A stretch of DNA of 43,405 nucleotides from IMG/VR virus record IMGVR_UViG_3300045809_000028, one strand, 5' to 3'. A program made the position numbers and the translations under genes. The notes under the pieces are model-generated. The model ran no database searches. It had not been told where the DNA came from and was given only the letters and a program-made list of their open reading frames with translations. Position 1 is the stretch's first letter. The number at the start of each line of letters is the position of its first letter. Source of the DNA: a virus. Shown in pieces: positions 7,683 through 16,445 of the stretch.

Positions 7683-8252
7683 ATGACACAACAATACCAA
7701 CAAGACCGCGAATTAGGATGGGATGACACAATTGTTCAAGACAGTGAAGGAGGTATTGTCTTAGCACCAGGAGATTATATTTTTGAAGTTGTTAAATTTG
7801 AACGTGCACGATTTACACCAGGACCAACATCTAAATTACCAGCATGTAATATGGCTAAATTGGAATTGAAAATTCAATCAGAACAAGGGACGGCGATTGT
7901 TTTCAACAATTTATACTTGCATACGTCAACAGAAGGTTTGTTATCAGCTTTCTTTGCTTCAATTGGTCAAAAAGTGAAAGGTGCACCGTTACAAATGAAT
8001 TGGAATTTAGTGACTGGTGCGAAAGGGGCAGTCAAAATTAAGAATCGGACATATAAAGACAATACTTACAATGATGTTGACCGTTTCTATCCATTAGATG
8101 CTAGTTATTACACAATAAAAGAAGCACCAGAAGTTGTCAAACAGCTACAACAACCAGCGCAAGGCTATCAAGCACCACAACAACAGAATTGGTCAGCGCC
8201 TACACAACAACCGACGCAACCGACACAAGGCTATCAACCAGGAGCTTTCTAG
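7683..8252 (+). CDS. DUF669-like phage protein with a Q/P-rich tail
   Basis: Sits directly after the AAA_24 gene. The N-terminal LAPGDYIFEVVKFE pattern is typical of DUF669. Call is partly by synteny. Confidence 0.5.
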   Translation: MTQQYQQDRELGWDDTIVQDSEGGIVLAPGDYIFEVVKFERARFTPGPTSKLPACNMAKLELKIQSEQGTAIVFNNLYLHTSTEGLLSAFFASIGQKVKGAPLQMNWNLVTGAKGAVKIKNRTYKDNTYNDVDRFYPLDASYYTIKEAPEVVKQLQQPAQGYQAPQQQNWSAPTQQPTQPTQGYQPGAF

Positions 8253-8263
8253 GAGGGATATGT

Positions 8264-8464
8264 TTGATACTAAAATCAGGTCATTATACTCAAGAATTTA
8301 AGGAACATATCGATTGGGTTATTGAAGAATTAAAAAAAGATAGCACTATAATAGGCTATCTCGAATTAGATTGGTTTGATGAACCAACAACAATTGATAT
8401 GAAACTGGCAGAAAAAATTAGAAGAGCTATCCACCAAGGCCTTTACTCACAAAATGACCAATGA
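8264..8464 (+). CDS. Hypothetical early protein
   Basis: TTG start 7 nt after AGGAGG. 66 aa. The 3' end overlaps the convergent gene 8427-9224 by 38 nt. Confidence 0.45.
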   Translation: MILKSGHYTQEFKEHIDWVIEELKKDSTIIGYLELDWFDEPTTIDMKLAEKIRRAIHQGLYSQNDQ

Positions 8465-9224
8465 AAGCTGAAATTATATTGGTAATAATAAAAGCAATTG
8501 GTACAAAGTACGGTTTTTCTTTGAATCTGTACCAATATGCCCGTAGAGATGCTCCATACAAATCTTTTTCTGAAGTATTAGTCTTAAGAGTTCTATCTAT
8601 AGCCATATTAACCATTTGTGTAAACATACGGACTTTACTAGATGTAGACATACTTAATTCGTAGTATTTTCCTTCTTCAAAAGCTTTTGCCTCAGCAGCA
8701 CCAGTAAGGTATTGTTTTGGTTCTAAAGTATTTTTAATCATAAGATGGTCCATTTTTTTATCTTCGATGTAATCTGGTCCATAAAGTTCTTTGAATAGAG
8801 AAGCAATATTGATTTGTTGATTGTCCGAAAGTAAGAAAGGATGCCCACCCAATACTTGATAACGGTGTTCTAGTGCTTTAAAACCAAAAATCGAATCTCT
8901 CATATTCCAATGCAACCACGTCTTATTATTATTATTTCTTAAAAAGTCGAAATATTCGTCTAACATCTCTTTTTCAATTTCGTTGTATCGATCAACAATT
9001 TCGTCAAAAGGTATTCCCATTTCTTCAGCAGATTTATAAATTGCAAATAACTCTGTTTGACCAAATTCGAGATTTTCGACTGCAATTGAGGTTATCCTTG
9101 GACTTTTCCCACCAAGTGCAAAAAAACTCTCGCTTGAATAATGAATAACCAAATATTTAGATTTTTCTTTATCTATTTCTTTTAAAGTATTTAAACCTTT
9201 CAATCTATCAGTAATACGACTCAT
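8427..9224 (-). CDS. Antisense moron 1: 265-aa protein of unknown function with a C-terminal transmembrane helix
   Basis: GGAGG lies 6 nt upstream of the ATG. The only long ORF here and opposite to the replication operon. C-terminal YFVPIAFIITNIISAFIGHFV. AT-rich. Confidence 0.75.
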   Translation of the reverse strand: MSRITDRLKGLNTLKEIDKEKSKYLVIHYSSESFFALGGKSPRITSIAVENLEFGQTELFAIYKSAEEMGIPFDEIVDRYNEIEKEMLDEYFDFLRNNNNKTWLHWNMRDSIFGFKALEHRYQVLGGHPFLLSDNQQINIASLFKELYGPDYIEDKKMDHLMIKNTLEPKQYLTGAAEAKAFEEGKYYELSMSTSSKVRMFTQMVNMAIDRTLKTNTSEKDLYGASLRAYWYRFKEKPYFVPIAFIITNIISAFIGHFVSKGLGG

Positions 9225-9248
9225 TGTAATCCTCCATTTTTTTATCTC

Positions 9249-9254
9249 ATTATA
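9249..9254 (-). promoter_or_regulatory. Perfect -10 (TATAAT on the minus strand) for antisense moron 1
   Basis: ATTATA on the + strand, about 25 nt upstream of the start at 9224. The -35 would fall on the helicase start codon. Confidence 0.4.
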
Positions 9255-9276
9255 TATCTAAAGAAAGGAATGTGCT

Positions 9277-10866
9277 ATGAAATTAAGACCTTATCAACAA
9301 GAAGCACGTACTGCAATCCAAAAGGAATGGCAAGAAGGGCGTAAAAAAACGTTACTTGTCCTTCCGACTGGTTGTGGTAAAACAATCGTATTTTCAAAAG
9401 TAATTGAAGACCGTGTAAGACTAGGCGAGCGTGTGCTCGTCTTAGCCCACCGGGGCGAATTACTAGACCAGGCATCAGAAAAATTAGAAAAGTCTACTGG
9501 ACTAAAAACGGCAACAGAAAAAGCTGAACAGACTAGCATTGGTGGTTTCTTTCGTGTAGTTGTTGGTTCCGTTCAAACGTTACAACGAGAAAAACGCCTT
9601 AGCAAGTTTCCACCGGATTTTTTTGACACGATTGTTGTAGATGAAGCTCACCATTGTATCAGTAATGGCTACCAATTTGTTTTGAAGCACTTTAAGGAAT
9701 CGAATGTTTTAGGTGTTACAGCAACGCCTGACCGTGGAGATATGCGAAACCTTGGTTCTTATTTCGAATCCTTAGCTTACGAATATACGTTACCAGAGGC
9801 AATCAAATCAGGATATTTGTCACCAATTAAAGCATTGACTATCCCGCTGAAACTAGATTTAACTTCTGTTGGTCAACAAGGCGGAGATTTTAAAACAAGG
9901 GATTTAGGTACGGCATTAGATCCCTATCTTTATCAGATAGCTGATGAAATGGCGAAACATTGTTTAAACAGGAAAACAGTTGTCTTTCTTCCATTAGTCA
10001 AAACGAGTAAAAAGTTTCGGGATATTTTGAATGAAAAAGGATTTAAAGCTGCAGAAGTCAATGGCACGTCTAAGGATCGTGAGGAGATTCTTTCGGATTT
10101 TGATAAGGATAAATACAATGTACTGTGCAATTCGATGTTACTTACTGAGGGTTGGGACTGTCCGTCTGTCGATTGTATCGTGGTTTTAAGACCAACGAAA
10201 GTCCGTAGCTTATACAGTCAGATGGTAGGACGTGGCACACGATTGTTTCCAGGTAAGGAAGAGTTATTGCTATTAGATTTCTTGTGGCACACCGAACGTC
10301 ATGAACTATGTCATCCGGCACATTTAATTGCCACTAGTGATGATGTAGCTAAGAAAATGACAGAAAACATTGAAGAAGCTGGTGAACAAGGATTTGCAGT
10401 TGATATTGAAGAAGCTGAATCACAAGCTGAAAAAGATGTCATTGCCGAGCGCGAAGAAGCGCTAGCGAAAAAACTGGAAGAAATGCGCAAACGAAAACGT
10501 AAACTAGTAGACCCATTGCAATTTGAAATGTCGATTCAAGCGGAAGATTTAACGAGTTATGTACCAAGTTTCGGTTGGGAAATGGGACCACCGTCTACAC
10601 AACAAGTAAATGCGTTAGAAAAATTAGGTATTTTACCAGATGCCATCGATAACGCAGGAAAAGCTAGCCTCATGCTTGACCGTCTACAAAAACGGAAAGA
10701 AGCAGGGCTAGCTACACCTAAGCAAATTCGATTATTAGAACAACGCGGATTTAAATCAGTCGGTACATGGTCATTCGATAATGCCAGCAAAATGATTAAT
10801 CGTATTGCGGCTAATGGATGGCGATTACCAAGTGGTGTGAGACCGACGGAATATCAACCAGAATAG
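9277..10866 (+). CDS. SF2 DEAD/DEAH-box helicase (ResIII + Helicase_C)
   Basis: Motif I LPTGCGKT, motif II VVDEAHH, motif III VTATPDR, motif VI QMVGRGTR. 529 aa. Confidence 0.9.
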   Translation: MKLRPYQQEARTAIQKEWQEGRKKTLLVLPTGCGKTIVFSKVIEDRVRLGERVLVLAHRGELLDQASEKLEKSTGLKTATEKAEQTSIGGFFRVVVGSVQTLQREKRLSKFPPDFFDTIVVDEAHHCISNGYQFVLKHFKESNVLGVTATPDRGDMRNLGSYFESLAYEYTLPEAIKSGYLSPIKALTIPLKLDLTSVGQQGGDFKTRDLGTALDPYLYQIADEMAKHCLNRKTVVFLPLVKTSKKFRDILNEKGFKAAEVNGTSKDREEILSDFDKDKYNVLCNSMLLTEGWDCPSVDCIVVLRPTKVRSLYSQMVGRGTRLFPGKEELLLLDFLWHTERHELCHPAHLIATSDDVAKKMTENIEEAGEQGFAVDIEEAESQAEKDVIAEREEALAKKLEEMRKRKRKLVDPLQFEMSIQAEDLTSYVPSFGWEMGPPSTQQVNALEKLGILPDAIDNAGKASLMLDRLQKRKEAGLATPKQIRLLEQRGFKSVGTWSFDNASKMINRIAANGWRLPSGVRPTEYQPE

Positions 10867-10869
10867 TTA

Positions 10870-11565
10870 CTAATCAGGAATTATTTGACTTAAATAAAAC
10901 ATGGCCTCATTACATTTTTCATCATATAATACAGCCTCTGTATAACTAAGTGACTGGTAGTGTTCAGCTTTAACTTCTTCCTCTAAGGAATGTAAATTAT
11001 TTAGAAATTCATAAAAACTTTTCTTTATCATTCTAATATTAACCATAGAATCTAAAATATCATTCACTGATAAATTTTCATTATCAGCCAGACTATTGGG
11101 AAGGTGAGGAACCATAGAAAATATCTTTTTTTCAACAATATTCCATGAGTTAATTATAGATAAACGTGGATTAACAGAAGCAATCATATCTGTTTCTTTA
11201 TGGACAGATTGTGGATTTGGAAATAATTTTTTGCTGAAATCCTTGTATTTGTTGGATTCAGTTATATTTTCAGAGTCGGAAGAATGGGACTGTTTATTAG
11301 GTTCTTTGTTAGGTTGTTTTTCATTTACGATGTCAAGTAATACCTCGTTTGAGTTATCGTTTTTAATAAGGTTTTCACCAAATGATAGCTCTTTATCTCC
11401 CATTTTAAAATGACTAACTCTTTGAGAAAGTTTATTCAGACCTTGTAAAAAACTTTTTTTATAAATGATGGAGATAACTAAAGCTAACAAAGGCCATGAG
11501 AAATTATTATAGAGAATAAAAAAATAATAAAAAATAGATTTACAGATTTCCTTGAAAGTTTCCAT
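10870..11565 (-). CDS. Antisense moron 2: 231-aa protein of unknown function with an N-terminal transmembrane segment
   Basis: ATG (METFKE...) lies 6 nt after AAGGAG. Hydrophobic N-terminus IFYYFFILYNNFSWPLLALVISIIY. Stop codon is 3 nt from the helicase stop (convergent). Very AT-rich. Confidence 0.7.
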   Translation of the reverse strand: METFKEICKSIFYYFFILYNNFSWPLLALVISIIYKKSFLQGLNKLSQRVSHFKMGDKELSFGENLIKNDNSNEVLLDIVNEKQPNKEPNKQSHSSDSENITESNKYKDFSKKLFPNPQSVHKETDMIASVNPRLSIINSWNIVEKKIFSMVPHLPNSLADNENLSVNDILDSMVNIRMIKKSFYEFLNNLHSLEEEVKAEHYQSLSYTEAVLYDEKCNEAMFYLSQIIPD

Positions 11566-11584
11566 AAAAAACTCCTTTATTTTT

Positions 11585-11593
11585 ATCATACCA
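11585..11593 (-). promoter_or_regulatory. Extended -10 promoter TGGTATGAT for antisense moron 2
   Basis: ATCATACCA on the + strand, about 20 nt upstream of the start at 11565. Same TGGTATNAT form as three other moron promoters. Confidence 0.45.
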
Positions 11594-11614
11594 AAAGAAA
11601 GCAGGTGATACTAC

Positions 11615-13849
11615 TTGGAAAACAAATTAAATTTACTTGAGCTGTTGGAATTTGTAGATCCAGCATATCTTTCTTATCAGGAATGGACCAACGTAGGAAT
11701 GGCATTGAAACATGAAGGCTATACGGCATTAGATTGGGACCAATGGAGCCAACGAGATTCTTCACGTTACCATTCAGGTGAATGTTTCAAAAAGTGGGAT
11801 ACGTTTAAAGGTAATGGCCAGCCAGTAACAGGGGCAACCATCACGCAATTGGCCAAAGAGAATGGTTGGATGTCCCCGTTTAAAAGTGATGATATTGGTC
11901 ATGAGTTAGATTGGAACGATACGCTTCAACGTGATGATTTAGTTATCATTGACCGCAACTGGATTGAAGGAAAAGAAATTCATGAGCCAACAAAATGGGA
12001 GCCATCGCGTCAAATTATCCAGTACTTAGAAGCGTTATTCGAGCCATCAGAGACAGTCGCCTATAATATGGCAGCTTGGCAAGACGAAGATGGCAAGTGG
12101 AAGCCTTCGAATAAAGGTGCGTATGATCGGACTGCTGGTCAGCTGATTGAAGCCCTTACTCATTGTGGAGATGACATTGGTTCCGTTTTGGGTGACTACA
12201 ATCCAGAAGCAGGTGCATGGATTCGTTTCAATCCATTAGATGGGAAAGGTGTTAAAAACGACAATGTGACAGAATTCCGCTATGCGCTAGTCGAATCTGA
12301 CAACATGAGTCTTGAAAAACAAAATGCTATCATGCGTGAGTTAGAACTACCAATCGCAGCAATGATTTACAGTGGCAAAAAATCTATTCATGCCATTGTG
12401 CGAGTGGATGCAGATAATTATCCGGAATATCGGAAGCGGGTGGATTATCTTTATGATGTTTGTAAGAAAAATGGTCTGACAAATGATAACCAAAACAGGA
12501 ACCCGTCACGATTAAGCCGTATGCCTGGTGTTGTTCGTGGCGAGAACAAGCAATTTATTATTGATACCAATATTGGGAAATCAACATGGGACGAATGGAA
12601 AGAATGGATTGAAAGTGTCAATGATGATTTGCCTGACCCTGAAAGTTTAGAAGATTTATTTGCCAAGCCAATCGAGCTAGCACCCGAATTAATTAAGGGA
12701 ATGTTACGACAAGGTCATAAGATGTTAATCGCTGGACCATCAAAAGCTGGTAAATCATTTTCATTAATCCAGTTGGCCATAGCTATCGCAGAAGGTCGTC
12801 AATGGTTTGGTTTTGATTGTGAAAAAGGGAAAGTATTGTACGTCAATCTAGAATTAGACGAACGTTCCGCAAAAGTCCGTTTTGTAGATATTTATGAACG
12901 ATTGGGTCAAGGGCATGCAAATGTTTCCAATATTGATATTTGGAATCTACGTGGTAAGACTAGCCCAATGGATAAGCTAGCGCCTAAATTAATCAGACGT
13001 GCACAGAAGTCCAATTATATGGCGGTCATCATTGATCCGATTTACAAAGTACTTACTGGAGACGAGAATAGTGCTCATGAAATGGCCAAGTTTACCAATC
13101 AGTTTGACAAAATAGCCACTGAATTAAATTGTGCGGTTATCTACTGTCACCATCATTCAAAGGGGTCGCAAGGCGGGAAAAACTCCATTGACCGTTCAAG
13201 TGGTTCTGGCGTATTCGCAAGAGATCCTGACGCAATATTAGATTTAATCGAGTTACCAGTTACAGAAGATAGGTATATGGTATTGGAAAATGAAGCAATT
13301 TGTAAGACGTATAACGATGCCATCAAGAAATACAATCCTAGTTATTCAGATATTGGATTAGATGACCAATTCAGTCCAAAACAAATGGGCTACCATTTAA
13401 TGTGTGCGATTAAGTCACAGCCAATTTTGCAACAGATAGAAGAAAATAAACAACAAGCAATTCGTGCAGCTAGACAAGCGACTGCATGGCGTATTGATGG
13501 AACGTTGCGAGAATTCCCCAAATTCGACCCCATAAATGCCTGGTTCAGATATCCGATTCATGTACTGGATGATTCGCTCAAAGATATTTCTCTAGAAGAT
13601 GATTCTCCACAAGGTAAGTGGCAGAAAGGTGTAAAAAAAGCTAATCAATCCCGAAGCGAAAAATCGAACCAAGAATTAGATACGGCTTTTAGTGCATTGT
13701 CCATGGACGGTGGACCAGTGGAGGTAAGTCAAATCGCTGAATATCTAGATATAGATAAACGTTCTGTTTATCCGAAAGTAAAAAAACACAAAAAATTCAC
13801 AGTGGATGGTGGATATGTTCAAAGAACAGAATCAACTCAAGAGTTGTAG
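11615..13849 (+). CDS. Bifunctional primase / replicative helicase (PriCT-2-like N-terminus, primase-polymerase-like core, AAA_25/RepA-like ATPase)
   Basis: 744 aa, TTG start. N-terminus YQEWTNVGMALKHEGY..WDQWS, then YSGKKSIHAIVRV, then Walker A LIAGPSKAGKSF and Walker B AVIIDPIYK. Confidence 0.8.
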   Translation: MENKLNLLELLEFVDPAYLSYQEWTNVGMALKHEGYTALDWDQWSQRDSSRYHSGECFKKWDTFKGNGQPVTGATITQLAKENGWMSPFKSDDIGHELDWNDTLQRDDLVIIDRNWIEGKEIHEPTKWEPSRQIIQYLEALFEPSETVAYNMAAWQDEDGKWKPSNKGAYDRTAGQLIEALTHCGDDIGSVLGDYNPEAGAWIRFNPLDGKGVKNDNVTEFRYALVESDNMSLEKQNAIMRELELPIAAMIYSGKKSIHAIVRVDADNYPEYRKRVDYLYDVCKKNGLTNDNQNRNPSRLSRMPGVVRGENKQFIIDTNIGKSTWDEWKEWIESVNDDLPDPESLEDLFAKPIELAPELIKGMLRQGHKMLIAGPSKAGKSFSLIQLAIAIAEGRQWFGFDCEKGKVLYVNLELDERSAKVRFVDIYERLGQGHANVSNIDIWNLRGKTSPMDKLAPKLIRRAQKSNYMAVIIDPIYKVLTGDENSAHEMAKFTNQFDKIATELNCAVIYCHHHSKGSQGGKNSIDRSSGSGVFARDPDAILDLIELPVTEDRYMVLENEAICKTYNDAIKKYNPSYSDIGLDDQFSPKQMGYHLMCAIKSQPILQQIEENKQQAIRAARQATAWRIDGTLREFPKFDPINAWFRYPIHVLDDSLKDISLEDDSPQGKWQKGVKKANQSRSEKSNQELDTAFSALSMDGGPVEVSQIAEYLDIDKRSVYPKVKKHKKFTVDGGYVQRTESTQEL

Positions 13850-13855
13850 GCTATT

Positions 13856-13994
13856 CGTAAGCTATTGGCTTATGAATAATATAGTATCCGTCTATAAGCT
13901 AATAGCTTACGACAATAGACGAAACGTTAAAAACGTTGATACACCAGTGTCTACTCTACCCGTCTATAGCTACCTTGTAGGTAAGCTATAGACG
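13856..13994. repeat. Iteron/inverted-repeat cluster downstream of the primase-helicase gene (candidate replication origin)
   Basis: IR1: CGTAAGCTATT (13856-13866) / AATAGCTTACG (13901-13911). IR2: CGTCTATAGCT (13961-13971) / AGCTATAGACG (13984-13994). Direct repeats CGTCTATA(A)GCT at 13889 and 13961, and AAACGTT x2 at 13922 and 13931. Confidence 0.5.
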
Positions 13995-14128
13995 AGGGTA
14001 AGACTAGAGACAAAAAATAGCCTAAGAAAAATAAAATTAGAATTCAATTAGAAAAATAAAATAACAAAAATGAGGTGTTTTCATGAGTGACGCAATAATT
14101 TGGCATAAGATGGCGCTGATTTTGGAGA

Positions 14129-14491
14129 TTGTTAAAAAAGGAAGTGGAGCGAGTGATTGAACAATTATCATTAATGGACTCAGAAAATGATACTGAATTG
14201 ATATTCTGGGGAAATTATTGTAATGACGATTGGAGTACAAAAACTAAGAATACTGGACAATCAGCAGATATTGTAGATGGAATCCAATTAAAATTAACTA
14301 AAGCTGAGTTGAAGTCAATCTGCAGGAGAGCGGTTAGGGTGAATGCCCCAATACAATATGGTTATGAAGTGTTTTTTGAAGATGATGGGGTCAAGAAAGA
14401 AATATTTGTTCGTTTTATCAACTTTACGACTAGCAACCGACAATCAGTATTTGAACATATTGATTTGTATTTTGATAGATGTGTGGAATAG
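14129..14491 (+). CDS. Hypothetical protein
   Basis: 120-aa ORF. The start is uncertain; a GTG at 14153 follows GGAG. Confidence 0.5.
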   Translation: MLKKEVERVIEQLSLMDSENDTELIFWGNYCNDDWSTKTKNTGQSADIVDGIQLKLTKAELKSICRRAVRVNAPIQYGYEVFFEDDGVKKEIFVRFINFTTSNRQSVFEHIDLYFDRCVE

Positions 14492-14501
14492 GAGGAAGGC
14501 A

Positions 14502-14774
14502 ATGAATAAATTTCAGAATAAATTATTGTCATTAGTAATCGTTTGTGCGTTATCAATGTGGTTTAGCCATTTCTATTTGGTTAAACAGGTATCAAATGTT
14601 ACTGAAATAAATCAGCACCAGCAATTAGAAATTACTGTCTATAAAGACGAACTAAAAAGAGCGCAACAAAACATCCAATTCTTTACCGAAAAAAATCGTG
14701 AATTGCGTGGCCAAAATAATTTTTTGGAGAGTCAGAATAAGATGCTGATGGATAAGGAGGCGGAAGAGCGATGA
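14502..14774 (+). CDS. Small membrane-anchored coiled-coil protein (hypothetical)
   Basis: ATG after AGGAGGAAGG. N-terminal helix LLSLVIVCALSMWFSHFYLV, then a heptad-like region. Confidence 0.6.
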   Translation: MNKFQNKLLSLVIVCALSMWFSHFYLVKQVSNVTEINQHQQLEITVYKDELKRAQQNIQFFTEKNRELRGQNNFLESQNKMLMDKEAEER

Positions 14775-15181
14775 TAGAATTTTTCATGCCAATGATTCCG
14801 CCGGAGACGACTCATCAGCAAAAGAAAGTAAACATTGTCTATGACAAGAAAAAAGGAAAGAATATTCCTGTATTTTATGAACCAACAGATTTATCAGCGG
14901 CTCGGTCGAAACTAATGGCTCATTTAGCCAAACATGTACCAGATAAAAAATTAACGGGGCCTGTTCGCTTGATGACGAAATGGTGTTTTCCAATTATCAA
15001 TGGCCATCAAGATGGAGAGTACAAGTACACGAAACCGGATAATGGGAATATGAACAAATTGCTTGAAGATTGTATGGAGGAATTGGGATTTTATAAAAAT
15101 GATGCGCAGATTGCTAGTCTAATCGTTGAAAAATTTTGGGCGGAGATACCAGGTATTTTTATTCGAATAGAGGAGTTGTAG
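14771..15181 (+). CDS. rusA: RusA-family Holliday junction resolvase
   Basis: 136 aa. YTKPDNGNMNKLLEDCMEELGFYKNDAQI matches the RusA K-P-D-x-D-N..D..L core. The start overlaps the previous stop (ATGA). Confidence 0.75.
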   Translation: MIEFFMPMIPPETTHQQKKVNIVYDKKKGKNIPVFYEPTDLSAARSKLMAHLAKHVPDKKLTGPVRLMTKWCFPIINGHQDGEYKYTKPDNGNMNKLLEDCMEELGFYKNDAQIASLIVEKFWAEIPGIFIRIEEL

Positions 15182-15214
15182 TTTTGATTATCGAAATGAA
15201 AGGAGATAATCGTT

Positions 15215-15439
15215 ATGGATTGGAAATTAGTATTTTCGGATATTCACCAATGGATGCAAGATTCAAATGAAAAGTCCCAACAATTTCCAATTACTACTGA
15301 TGAGTATTGGGAATGGGTTATTCATTCTACAGGGCAGTTAGGCAACAAATATAACAATCATCCATTAGTAATCAAATTTCTTTCTTCGTTGATTGAATTT
15401 CAGGATGATAATCGCAAGAAAGTGAGTGGAGGGAAGTAG
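15215..15439 (+). CDS. Hypothetical protein
   Basis: 74 aa, AAAGGAG RBS. Confidence 0.55.
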   Translation: MDWKLVFSDIHQWMQDSNEKSQQFPITTDEYWEWVIHSTGQLGNKYNNHPLVIKFLSSLIEFQDDNRKKVSGGK

Positions 15440-15961
15440 ATGTCAAAAAGTAATCTAACCAAACATCAATTGGAAATTATTGCTAATGCTGCATCAGTAG
15501 AAGCTGTAAAAGCATATGAGAAAAGACATCAAAAAATGCAACAAGAAGTCAAGAGTCGGAATTTACGTAATACAGAATTACTTTTGAAAAATTACACCAA
15601 ACTGAAAGATTTGTGTGACGAAACTATTCAAGAGGAAATTCCAACTGATTACCCTGATTTCAATTTAGAAAATCTAACACTGGAAAGTTTGAGTATCTAC
15701 AAAAAGAAAACATTCAAGATGATGAATCATGTTGATAAAATGCTAATCGCTTATGAATGGAATTGTAATAAAGGTTCTGTAGAAGAGTATCGACGTTTCT
15801 TAATATTGAAATATAGATATTTAATTGATGACAAGTTGAACGTGAAGGAAATTTGCGAAGATTTACATGTTGAACAAGGAACTGTTTACCGTGATACAAA
15901 ATTAGCGATTAAAGATATGTCTGTTCTATTGTTTGGTATAGATGCAATCGACTTTCGCTAA
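15440..15961 (+). CDS. arpU: ArpU-family late-gene transcriptional regulator
   Basis: 173 aa. Last gene before the packaging module. The C-terminal sigma-region-4-like HTH NVKEICEDLHVEQGTVYRDTKLAIKDMS is typical of ArpU/RinA-position regulators. Confidence 0.65.
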   Translation: MSKSNLTKHQLEIIANAASVEAVKAYEKRHQKMQQEVKSRNLRNTELLLKNYTKLKDLCDETIQEEIPTDYPDFNLENLTLESLSIYKKKTFKMMNHVDKMLIAYEWNCNKGSVEEYRRFLILKYRYLIDDKLNVKEICEDLHVEQGTVYRDTKLAIKDMSVLLFGIDAIDFR

Positions 15962-15999
15962 TGTTGAAAAAATGTTGAAAAAATAAACACTATTTCTGT

Positions 16000-16008
16000 G
16001 GTATTATG
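16000..16008 (+). promoter_or_regulatory. Extended -10 promoter TGGTATTAT
   Basis: TGn + TATTAT, preceded by tandem ATGTTGAAAAA x2 (15962-15983). It would start a transcript near 16015. Confidence 0.4.
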
Positions 16009-16014
16009 ATAGTG

Positions 16015-16080
16015 TGAAATTAGACCAAGTACTAAGATTTTTCTCCTTTTATGGATCGTCATTGTTGGCGGTCCTTTTTT
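16015..16080 (+). ncRNA. Candidate ~65-nt small RNA bounded by the extended -10 promoter and a terminator
   Basis: No SD-preceded ORF in the unit. It contains the CU-rich anti-SD-like stretch UUUUUCUCCUUUU and ends in the 16053-16080 terminator. Confidence 0.25.
16053..16080 (+). terminator. Rho-independent terminator
   Basis: GGATCGTC / GGCGGTCC stem (two G-U pairs), 6-nt loop, T6. Confidence 0.65.
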
Positions 16081-16182
16081 GATTTCCATCTTTGGGTATA
16101 TATCTTGTTACACATGATATATATATAAGAAAATGGGTACTTTAAATATTAAAATTATTACTTATGTTGTCCCTTATATAAA

Positions 16183-16191
16183 TGGTATTAT
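16183..16191 (+). promoter_or_regulatory. Extended -10 promoter TGGTATTAT for the 60-aa ORF
   Basis: Exact TGGTATTAT, 20 nt upstream of the ATG at 16212. Confidence 0.45.
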
Positions 16192-16211
16192 TTATGTAGG
16201 GAGGTGATAAA

Positions 16212-16394
16212 ATGATATTTATTCGTACGATAGAGGATATTCGAAATAACGGATTTTCAATCGATAGTTACATTGAACAGCTAGTTATTGATGCTTTTGA
16301 CAGAGATGACGTATTATTCATCAACAATAAGAGGCAATTAATAGCTAAAAATGATGATACTAATGAGGAGAGAATACTAGCGGTGTTTGCTTAA
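16212..16394 (+). CDS. Small acidic hypothetical protein (moron)
   Basis: 60 aa, GGGAGGTG RBS, with its own promoter and terminator. Confidence 0.55.
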   Translation: MIFIRTIEDIRNNGFSIDSYIEQLVIDAFDRDDVLFINNKRQLIAKNDDTNEERILAVFA

Positions 16395-16409
16395 AGTTAT
16401 TAGTCAATT

Positions 16410-16435
16410 GACATCTCATAGAGGTGTCTTTTTTT
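16410..16435 (+). terminator. Rho-independent terminator
   Basis: GACATCTC / GAGGTGTC stem, 3-nt loop, T7. Confidence 0.7.
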
Positions 16436-16445
16436 GTAGTATGTA

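Noticed and set aside
9277-10866. The SF2 helicase together with its two flanking antisense genes as a single three-gene defence cassette
   Set aside because: A DEAH helicase at this position, after AAA_24 and DUF669 and before the primase, is a standard part of this type of phage replication module. It shares strand and composition with the core genes. Only the two flanking genes look acquired.
13806-13991. 61-aa + strand ORF after the primase-helicase gene
   Set aside because: It has no SD, overlaps the end of the primase-helicase gene and then runs through the inverted and direct repeat cluster. It is better explained as non-coding ori-like DNA.
14083-14160. 25-codon ORF (MSDAIIWHKMALILEIVKKGSGASD) with a GAGGTG RBS upstream of 14129-14491
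   Set aside because: It could be a real leader peptide or a short gene, but it is too short to support without conservation or expression data. It is also the reason the start of the next gene is uncertain.
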